In this document: in pieces, positions 56,701-64,000 of the stretch
Layout: the number at the start of each line of letters is the position of its first letter
Numbering within the stretch: the stretch's first letter is position 1
Assembly: GCA_043228905.1 (NCBI GenBank)
Contig: JBHGNT010000016.1
Coordinates: 62,001 to 126,000 of the forward strand
DNA from: Azolla caroliniana
Lineage: Eukaryota; Plantae; Polypodiophyta
DNA length: 64,000 bases
Direction: 5' to 3'
Notes under the pieces: generated by a model
Databases searched by the model: none
Told to the model about the DNA's origin: nothing
The model's input: the letters and a program-made list of their open reading frames with translations, nothing else
Made by a program: the position numbers and the translations under genes

Positions 56701-58513
56701 TCTTGATTTTTTTATTCCATAACATAGCTAGCGCTGTTAGCTTCGATTCAAATGTTTGAACACAAAAATCCGATATCCCACGAGCCACGGATAAACAGTT
56801 TAATTTACCTACTAGCGCTTGTCAACTCCCTCCTCAAATTTGCTAATTCCTTCATGTCTCTCGACCTGAGTTTCAAAATCTTGATTTTTTAATTCCATAA
56901 CATAGCTAGCGTTGTTAGCTTCGATTCGCATGTTTGAACACAGAAATCCGGTATCACACGAGCCTGGTATGAACATTTTAATTTACTAACGCGCTCTTCT
57001 CCACTACGTCCTCAAATTTGCTAATTTCTTCATGTCTCTCGACCTGAGTTTCAAAATCTTGATTTTTTAACTCCATAACATAGCTAGCGTTGTTAGCTTC
57101 GATTCGCATGTTTGAACACAGAAATCCGGTATCACACGAGCCTGGTATGAACATTTTAATTTACTAACGCGCTCTTCTCCACTACGTCCTCAAATTTGCT
57201 AATTTCTTCATGTCTCTCGACCTGAGTTTTAAAATCTTGATTTTTTAATTCCTTATCAGAGCTAGCGTTGTTAGCTTCGATTCGCATGTTTGAATACAAA
57301 AATCCGATATCACACGAGCCACGGATGAACATTTTAATTTACCTACTCGCGCTTGTCAACTCCCTCCTCAAATTTGCTAATTTCTTCATGTCTCTCGACC
57401 TGAGTTTCAAAATCTTGATTTTTTAATTCCATATCAGAGCTAGCGTTGTTAGCTTCGATTCGCATGTTTGAACACAGAAAGCCGATATCACACGAGCTAG
57501 GTATGAACATTTTAATTTACTAACGCGCTCTTCTCCACTACGTCCTCAAATTTGCTAATTTCTTCATGTCTCTCGACCTGAGTTTCAAAATCTTGATTTT
57601 TTAACTCCATAACATAGCTAGCGTTGTTAGCTTCGATTCGCATGTTTGAACACAGAAATCCGGTATCACACGAGCCTGGTATGAACATTTTAATTTACTA
57701 ACGCGCTCTTCTCCACTACGTCCTCAAATTTGCTAATTTCTTCATGTCTCTCGACCTGAGTTTTAAAATCTTGATTTTTTAATTCCATAACATAGCTAGC
57801 ATTGTTAGCTTCGATTCGCATGTTTGAACACAGAAATCCGGTATCACACGAGCTTGGTATGAACATTTTAATTTACTAACGCGCTCTTCTCCACTACGTC
57901 CTCAAATTTGCTAATTTCTTCATGTCTCTCGACGTGAGTTTCAAAATCTTCATTTTTTAATTCCATAACATAGCTAGCGTTGTTAGCTTCGATTCGCATG
58001 TTTGAATACAAAAATCCGATATCCCACGAGCCACGGATGAACATTTTAATTTACCTACTAGCGCTTGTCAACTCCCTCCTCAAATTTGCTAATTTCTTCA
58101 TGTTTCTTGACCTGAGTTTCAAAATCATGATTTTTTAATTCCATAACATAGCTAGCATTGTTAGCTTCAATTCGCATGTTTGAACACAGAAATCCGATAT
58201 TACACGAGCTAGGTATGAACATTTTAATTTACTAACGTGCTCTTCTCCACTACCTCCTCAAATTTGCTAATTTCTTCATGTCTCTCAACCTAATTTTAAA
58301 AATCTTGATTTTTTAATTCCATAATATAGCTAGCGTTGTTAGCTTCGATTCGCATGTTTGAACACAGAAATCCGGTATCACACGAGCCTGGTATGAACAT
58401 TTTAATTTACTAACGTGCTCTTCTCCACTACGTCCTCAAATTTGCTAATTTCTTCATGTCTCTCGACCTGAGTTTCAAAATCTTGATTTTTTAATTCCAT
58501 AACATAGCTAGCG
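53771..58513. repeat. Satellite subfamily B domain (~26 monomers, two head variants B1/B2)
   Basis: B1 heads read tttactaacgcgctcttctccactacgtcc and B2 heads read tttacctactagcgcttgtcaactccc. Other diagnostics are ccataacatagc, gattcgcatg, cagaaatccggtatc and gagccacggatg/gagcctggtatg. The period is still 178 bp. Confidence 0.92.
58509..58513 (+). other. Target site duplication, left copy (TAGCG)
   Basis: Satellite ...aacatagc-TAGCG is followed directly by the LTR. The same 5-mer is at 63970-63974. Confidence 0.95.
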
Positions 58514-59146
58514 TATTAGAAATATTGAGAATCGAGTAGATAGGTATATAGAGTTACAACTGCAGAGATGGATATATGAAAACAGAATTTCTATTACATA
58601 TGAGAGTAGTTCAAAATGGTAGTTTTCCCATGCGCTCACACCTTAGAGCTTAGATATGATATGGACCGGCTCACTACAAAATTAGTGGGGACAAATGATC
58701 AATCTGACCACTGTGTGAGAAAAGTGACTTATAATCTATGTTTGGTCTTAGTATAAATGTGCAAGTCAGTTGACAGTAGTGGAGATATTCCTTTTCTGTC
58801 AACTGACTTGTCATTTAATATGACCCAACTCCCTAGGTACAGGCTAGTGCTAGATAATACTTATCTTGAAGTCAATGACGCATACTTCAAGACTAAGTAC
58901 ATCGTAACTTGCCCACAAAATATTCTAGCTGACTTGATTAGCCAATCCTTTTATCTATTTCTCTCTTTCCTAAATATATTGTGTCCTACGCATCTACGGT
59001 TTCCTAGATTAACACCTTATCGACCCATATGGTCGAGTTGCACACTAGCCGCTCCTCATTTGGGGCGCTATCACAAAATGTGCACTCTAAGAGCACATAT
59101 GGGGATAGATTTACAACTTGGGGCTGATCATTGATTATATCTAACA
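58514..59146 (-). repeat. 3' LTR (633 bp)
   Basis: Direct repeat of 63337-63969 (offset 4823). The element strand reads TGTTAGATAT...ATTTCTAATA. It is preceded by the PPT on the element strand. Confidence 0.97.
58762..58810. other. Perfect 15-bp inverted repeat in the LTR (second copy at 63585-63633)
   Basis: caagtcagttgacag (58762-58776) and ctgtcaactgacttg (58796-58810) are exact reverse complements around a 19-nt loop. Confidence 0.9.
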
Positions 59147-62100
59147 CGCCCCCTCAATGATCAACCCATTGAGTTCACTTGGAATTGGGCCAACACCTAG
59201 TCGTCGAAGGTGTTGTTGCAACTGTTCTGCTCCAAGCGCCTTTGTGAAGATATCTGCAGCATTTTCTGATGTTGGACAGTACTCAAGCTCCACAATCTCA
59301 TCATTTATTAGCTCCCGCACATAGTGATACTGAATCTCTATGTGTTTAGTACGTGCATGAAATACGGGGTTCTTGGCAATGGCCATGCAACTCTGATTGT
59401 CACACCTCAATACCGTTGCCGTCCTTATTGGGACTGCCACATCCATAAGGATTCTTCTTAGCCAAACTACCTCGCATGCCGCTATGCATGCTGCTTTGTA
59501 TTCTGCCTCCGTTGAAGATAGTGCCACTGTTGGTTGTTTTTTACTACTCCATGAAACAGCTCCAGATCCTATTGAAAAACAATATCCAGAAACTGATTTT
59601 CTGGAATCACTATCTCCAGCCCAATCGGAGTCGCAATATCCACTAAGTTGGTCAATTGTTGGCTTGTAGAAGATTCCATAATTTAAAGTACCCACAATGT
59701 ACTTTAATACACGTAGAGCAGCTTTCCAATGAGTCTCCTTCGGCTTGTTGCTGAATCGACTCACCACATTGACTGCAAAACAAATATCCGGCCTAGTGTT
59801 GCATAGGAAAATTAGACTTCCTACTAGTTGTCTATACTTCCTTATGTCAACCATTGGTGATGAGTCTTCTTGGGATAGCTTGCAGTTTGACTCCATTGGA
59901 GTCGACTTCGACTTGCTGTCCATCATCCCAAAGGTCTTCAAGATCTCTGTTGCATACTTTCTTTGTGACATGAAGATGCCGACCGAGGTTTGCCAAACCT
60001 CAATTCCAAGGAAGTAGTGTAGAATCCCCAAGTCTGTCATTTCAAACTCAGTTTTCAAACACTCTTGTGTTTGGCCAATGCACTCTTCATGGTCACCAGT
60101 AAGTACTAGATCATCCACGTAAATGATAATGATGACTTGTTTCCCGTCCGTCATTTTGACATACATACTTGCATCCGAAGCACATTGCTTAAAGTCAATT
60201 GATCGTAAGAAGCTGTCTATCCTCTTGTTCCAAGCTCTTGGTGCTTGCTTTAGACCATATAGTGCCTTCTTCAGCTTGCAAACTTTGTTTTCTAAATTCG
60301 GTATCTCAAACCCCGGTGGTTGTGTCACATATACCTCCTCCTTGAGATGCCCATTCAGAAATGCTGATTTGACATCCATTTGATAAATCGGCCATCCTCT
60401 TGAAGCAGCCAACGCTATGACCATTCGAATTGTTGTCATGCGAGCTGTCGGGGCAAATGTTTCTTGTACATCGAACCCTTCAATTTGGGAGTATCCTTGC
60501 GCTACTAGCCTGGCCTTGAATTTCTCCAAAGAGCCATCAGCTTTATACTTTACTTTCCATACCCACTTCGTGCCTATCACCTTCTTCTTTGTTGGCCTCT
60601 CTACCAACTCCCATGTGTCATTTTTCATGATGCTATCATATTCTGATATCATCGCCTCTTTCCACTTCGGGTCGGCCATAGCTTCCTCCACCGAGGTCGG
60701 CTCACTCACTGAGCCAATGATGTCCACCATCAGAGCCATGTTGACAATGTGGTCAGAGGTTCTTCCTTGCTCCTGTATTCTTCTTGATCTTCGTAATCCA
60801 TCAGTTGAAGTTTCAGGAAACTCAACTTTAGGAGTATGATCATTGAAGAGTTGTTGAGCCCACTTAGGTATTTTCTTTACATGTGGGACTGGCATAGGCT
60901 GAACTAGTGAACCATTACCATCAGATGGTTCAGCTTCCTTTTTTGGATAATGGGTCGGGATTGGGTAAAATACTTCTTCAGTTGATGAGATAACTTGAGA
61001 ATCGTTGTTCTCAGCTAGCTGTGGTTGTTCCTCATCGAACACCACATCGCGGCTTGTCAATATCTTTCTTGCCTCTGGATCGTAGAGTCGATAGGCCTTT
61101 GACTCTTCACTATATCCGAGAAAGATACACTTTTTGCTTTTAGCATCCAACTTCTTTCTGCTCACATCTGGAATATGTGCGTAGCACATACACCCAAAAG
61201 TTCTGAAGTGCAGCACTGAAGGTTTCTTGCCTGAATAAGCTTCTTGGGGTGTTTTCCCTTGAAGTGCCTTCGTGTAGCTCCGATTGAGGATGTAAACTGC
61301 TGTGTTCACTGCTTCAGCCCAGAATGGGTCGGGCAGCGCTTGTGCCTTCAACATACACCTAGCCATCTCGACAACTGTTCGATTTCGACGTTCGACAACG
61401 CCATTTTGTTGTGGGGTGTAGGCAGTTGTAAGTTGGCGCTTAATTCCATGCTCTTTGCAATACTCACAGAATTCTATTGATAAGAATTCTCCACCTCGAT
61501 CAGAGCGTAGCTCCTTCACTAACTTTCCAGACTCTCTCTCGACAAACTTATGCCATCTTTTGAAGATTTTAAAAGCTTCAGCCTTCTCCCGAAGGAAGTA
61601 AACCCACATCTTTCTGCTGAAGTCGTCGACTATTAGCATATAGTAGAGAGATCCACCCATTGCAGGAGTCACCATTTTTCCAGAGAGGTCAATGTGTATT
61701 AGCTGTAGAGGAGTCTTTGCCCGATTTTGACTCTCTTTTGGAATGGCTGATCTTTGATGCTTGCCCATCATACAAGCATCACAAACATGACTTAAGTCAG
61801 ATAGGGTTGGCAACCCAACTACCATATTCGACTTCTTCATCTCCTTCAACACAGCAACGTTGAGATGCCCAAATCTCTCATGCCATTGCTTTGTGTTGGT
61901 ACTTGTGCTGTGGTCAGTAGAAATGGTAAACGCGCTCAGCTCATAGAGATTGTTGCGCCTCACCCCTATTCCTACAACCTTGCCAGCAGAATCTGTTATT
62001 TCTGCACCCGACTTCTTGAATCGAACATCAAGACCCTTGTCAGTCAGTGCAGAAATGGACAGTAGATTCTTCTTCAGATCTGGCACGTACAACACTTGAG

Positions 62101-63235
62101 AGAGATGCTTTGTCCCACCGGTCGTTGCTTTGAGGGAGACGGTTCCGGTTCCTTTGGCCGGACATCGAGCATTGTTCCCGACCACAACATTGATGGGCTC
62201 TTGTAGAGGTGTCCAAGAACTGTACCAGTCACGATTACTGGTCATATGTCGGGATGCTCCACTATCGAGAATCCAAGACTCATCAACAACTTGAGTGTCA
62301 ACTGAAGAACACACTTCTTCAGTTGCGACCCATAACTCAAGTTCATCTACGAGATTGTTAGCGGACTCGGGCTCTCTCCAAGAAGTCTTATTAGAACCAT
62401 TCTTCTCATCCGCCATCTTCTTTCGACAATCCTTGATTGTGTGACCCTTCTTGTCACAGTAGAAACACGATCCATTGAACTTCTTCTTCTTCGGTATCCT
62501 ATTCGCATTGTTTGAATTAGATGCCCCTTCACCCTTAGTCCTAGAGACAAATGCTGAATCTTCCCTTTCTTCTCTTGTCTTCAGCCGAAGCTCCTCTTCA
62601 AGCAGCATTGCACTTAGTTCATCAAATTTTAAAGGAGTGGGTCGAACCTGAGTGTTCAATGCTGTCACAATGCCATCATACTTGAAAGGAAGTACTCGAA
62701 TGCACCGACGAGCCATATCCTCTTGAGAGACGACTACTCCAACAGCCGCCAGCTGATCTTGAAGATCCTTAATCCTTTTTACAAAGGATTCTACTTTCTC
62801 TCCATCAGCGAGCTTCTCTGCAGCAAGCTGATTTTCGAGGTTTTGTATCCTTGTATAGTTTCTGGTCTCATACTGGCTGGCCAATATGCTCCAAGCTTCA
62901 TGTGCCCTAGTTGTATGTTGCACTAGTGTTAGTACGGAGTCACATACACCAGTGACTATGGTACATAGCGCATCAGCATTCCTTCTCTTCCAGGCTCGAA
63001 GTAGATCAGCATTTGGAGGAATTGATGTGGTAGGGTGTGCAGGGTCAAAGGTTGCCATGGGCTCAGGGTCTCCCCCTGTGGGTCCCATGATTGTTTCCAA
63101 CAACTCGTAGGAATCCAAAATGGCAGACATTTTGAACTTCCATAGAGTGTAGTTGGTTCCATCTAGCTTTCCATCAGACAATGGAGGTGGGCGAATGCGC
63201 AATGGAGCAGCTGCAACATTCGTGGACAAGGCCAT
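59141..63235 (-). CDS. Copia-type Gag-Pol polyprotein, 1364 aa
   Basis: Gag ([13 protein letters not shown]...). Zinc knuckle [14 protein letters not shown] (62426-62467). Aspartic protease [11 protein letters not shown] (DSG at 62258-62266). Integrase zinc-binding WHERFGHLN...CDAC and DDE core ([23 protein letters not shown]), then [11 protein letters not shown] motifs [21 protein letters not shown] and YVDD (60110-60121). RNase H motifs [17 protein letters not shown] and ADIFTK. No internal stop or frameshift. Confidence 0.97.
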   Translation of the reverse strand: MALSTNVAAAPLRIRPPPLSDGKLDGTNYTLWKFKMSAILDSYELLETIMGPTGGDPEPMATFDPAHPTTSIPPNADLLRAWKRRNADALCTIVTGVCDSVLTLVQHTTRAHEAWSILASQYETRNYTRIQNLENQLAAEKLADGEKVESFVKRIKDLQDQLAAVGVVVSQEDMARRCIRVLPFKYDGIVTALNTQVRPTPLKFDELSAMLLEEELRLKTREEREDSAFVSRTKGEGASNSNNANRIPKKKKFNGSCFYCDKKGHTIKDCRKKMADEKNGSNKTSWREPESANNLVDELELWVATEEVCSSVDTQVVDESWILDSGASRHMTSNRDWYSSWTPLQEPINVVVGNNARCPAKGTGTVSLKATTGGTKHLSQVLYVPDLKKNLLSISALTDKGLDVRFKKSGAEITDSAGKVVGIGVRRNNLYELSAFTISTDHSTSTNTKQWHERFGHLNVAVLKEMKKSNMVVGLPTLSDLSHVCDACMMGKHQRSAIPKESQNRAKTPLQLIHIDLSGKMVTPAMGGSLYYMLIVDDFSRKMWVYFLREKAEAFKIFKRWHKFVERESGKLVKELRSDRGGEFLSIEFCEYCKEHGIKRQLTTAYTPQQNGVVERRNRTVVEMARCMLKAQALPDPFWAEAVNTAVYILNRSYTKALQGKTPQEAYSGKKPSVLHFRTFGCMCYAHIPDVSRKKLDAKSKKCIFLGYSEESKAYRLYDPEARKILTSRDVVFDEEQPQLAENNDSQVISSTEEVFYPIPTHYPKKEAEPSDGNGSLVQPMPVPHVKKIPKWAQQLFNDHTPKVEFPETSTDGLRRSRRIQEQGRTSDHIVNMALMVDIIGSVSEPTSVEEAMADPKWKEAMISEYDSIMKNDTWELVERPTKKKVIGTKWVWKVKYKADGSLEKFKARLVAQGYSQIEGFDVQETFAPTARMTTIRMVIALAASRGWPIYQMDVKSAFLNGHLKEEVYVTQPPGFEIPNLENKVCKLKKALYGLKQAPRAWNKRIDSFLRSIDFKQCASDASMYVKMTDGKQVIIIIYVDDLVLTGDHEECIGQTQECLKTEFEMTDLGILHYFLGIEVWQTSVGIFMSQRKYATEILKTFGMMDSKSKSTPMESNCKLSQEDSSPMVDIRKYRQLVGSLIFLCNTRPDICFAVNVVSRFSNKPKETHWKAALRVLKYIVGTLNYGIFYKPTIDQLSGYCDSDWAGDSDSRKSVSGYCFSIGSGAVSWSSKKQPTVALSSTEAEYKAACIAACEVVWLRRILMDVAVPIRTATVLRCDNQSCMAIAKNPVFHARTKHIEIQYHYVRELINDEIVELEYCPTSENAADIFTKALGAEQLQQHLRRLGVGPIPSELNGLIIEGAC
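59147..59157 (-). other. Polypurine tract (plus-strand primer)
   Basis: The element strand reads TTGAGGGGGCG immediately before the TG of the 3' LTR, like the usual copia TTGAGGGGGAG tract. Confidence 0.88.
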
Positions 63236-63245
63236 TGATACTCTG

Positions 63246-63264
63246 TCTCTCTCTCTCTCTCTCT
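63246..63264 (-). repeat. Short (GA)n microsatellite in the retrotransposon 5' leader
   Basis: The plus strand reads (TC)9T about 10 nt upstream of the Gag ATG, within the ~90-nt leader between PBS and start codon. Confidence 0.8.
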
Positions 63265-63324
63265 ATTTCTCTCTGTTGCTAGACAGCAACTACCCGTGTA
63301 TACCTAATCTAGATCAACCTCTTC

Positions 63325-63336
63325 GCTCTGATACCA
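63325..63336 (-). other. Primer binding site for initiator tRNA-Met
   Basis: The element strand reads TGGTATCAGAGC (then gaagAGGTT) directly against the 5' LTR. This is complementary to the 3' end of plant tRNA-iMet. Confidence 0.95.
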
Positions 63337-63969
63337 TATTAGAAATATTGAGAATCGAGTAGATAGGTATATAGAGTTACAACTGCAGAGATGGATATAT
63401 GAAAACAGAATTTCTATTACATATGAGAGTAGTTCAAAATGGTAGTTTTCCCATGCGCTCACACCTTAGAGCTTAGATAGGATATGGACCGGCTCACTAC
63501 AAAATTAGTGGGGACAAATGATCAATCTGACCACTGTGTGAGAAAAGTGACTTATAATCTATGTTTGGTCTTAGTATAAATGTGCAAGTCAGTTGACAGT
63601 AGTGGAGATATTCCTTTTCTGTCAACTGACTTGTCATTTAATATGACCCAACTCCCTAGGTACAGGCTAGTGCTAGATAATACTTATCTTGAAGTCAATG
63701 ACGCATACTTCAAGACTAAGTACATCGTAACTTGCCCACAAAATATTCTAGCTGACTTGATTAGCCAATCCTTTTATCTATTTCTCTCTTTCCTAAATAT
63801 ATTGTGTCCTACGCATCTACGGTTTCCTAGATTAACACCTTATCGACCCATATGGTCGAGTTGCACACTAGCCGCTCCTCATTTGGGGCGCTATCACAAA
63901 ATGTGCACTCTAAGAGCACATATGGGGATAGATTTACAACTTGGGGCTGATCATTGATTATATCTAACA
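63337..63969 (-). repeat. 5' LTR (633 bp)
   Basis: Matches 58514-59146 except one substitution seen by eye (G63480 vs T58657). It is adjacent to the PBS. Confidence 0.97.
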
Positions 63970-64000
63970 TAGCGTTGTTAGCTTCGATTCGCATGTTTGA
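63970..64000. repeat. Right TSD copy (63970-63974) and resumption of B-type satellite
   Basis: TAGCG-ttgttagcttcgattcgcatgtttga continues the interrupted monomer in register. The gattcgcatg motif is B-diagnostic. Confidence 0.93.

Larger units (their letters stand above)
1..58513. repeat. 178-bp tandem satellite array (~329 monomers), putatively centromeric/pericentromeric
   Basis: The unit ctcacgcgctcttctcaagtccctcctcaaatttgctaatttc...gccaggtatgaacattttaattga recurs every 178 bp (starts at 1, 179, 357...). Occasional 180-bp units carry an extra TA. Orientation never changes. The array runs off the window start. The centromeric role is an inference from the nucleosome-plus-linker-sized monomer and higher-order structure. 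Confidence 0.98.
58514..63969 (-). mobile_element. Full-length Ty1/copia LTR retrotransposon (5456 bp), apparently intact
   Basis: Two 633-bp direct repeats, a 5-bp TSD, a PBS, a PPT and a single ORF with the copia domain order Gag-PR-INT-RT-RNaseH. Confidence 0.98.

Noticed and set aside
1-58513. CRISPR-like or variable-cassette array
   Set aside because: There are no unique spacers and no cas or recombinase genes. Whole monomers repeat with only point variants.
58926-58943. LTR motif TAGCT-N8-TAGCC echoing the satellite TAGCT-N8-TAGCT
   Set aside because: Only 9 matching bases with a different spacer and no extension into the flanks, which is compatible with chance.
58540-58980. LTR TATA box / promoter assignment
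   Set aside because: There are several competing TATA-like strings on the element strand (~58545, ~58730, ~58975), and none can be chosen from sequence alone.
58757-59134. 125-aa antisense ORF within each LTR (also 63580-63957)
   Set aside because: There is no recognisable domain. It is duplicated only because the LTR is. It overlaps the hairpins, and its ATG overlaps the only nearby TATA-like motif. It would need conservation or expression evidence.
59397-63362. Short plus-strand and alternative-frame ORFs overlapping gag-pol
   Set aside because: These are shadow ORFs of a long coding sequence with no independent motifs.

Overview
Eukaryotic (plant-like) satellite DNA with no host genes. 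Bases 1-58513 are a head-to-tail array of a 178-bp satellite (about 329 monomers, one orientation). It is probably centromeric or pericentromeric, inferred from monomer size and organisation only. The array holds two sequence subfamilies: a homogeneous A type (1-~53770) built from nested block duplications, and a B type (~53770-58513). They meet at a 35-bp deletion flanked by microhomology, and short B islands are scattered through the distal A region. At 58514-63969 an intact, very recent Ty1/copia LTR retrotransposon is inserted on the minus strand. It has 633-bp LTRs with one mismatch, a 5-bp TSD (TAGCG), a tRNA-iMet PBS, a PPT and one uninterrupted 1364-aa Gag-Pol ORF. Its termini are non-canonical (TG...TA), its LTRs are hairpin-rich, and it sits inside a dyad-symmetric site of the monomer. 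The satellite resumes in register at 63970. The many 60-119 aa ORFs in the array are translation artefacts. The best candidate for a new system is a possibly centromere-targeting copia family paired with this satellite, but one insertion cannot show targeting. All alignments were done by eye.
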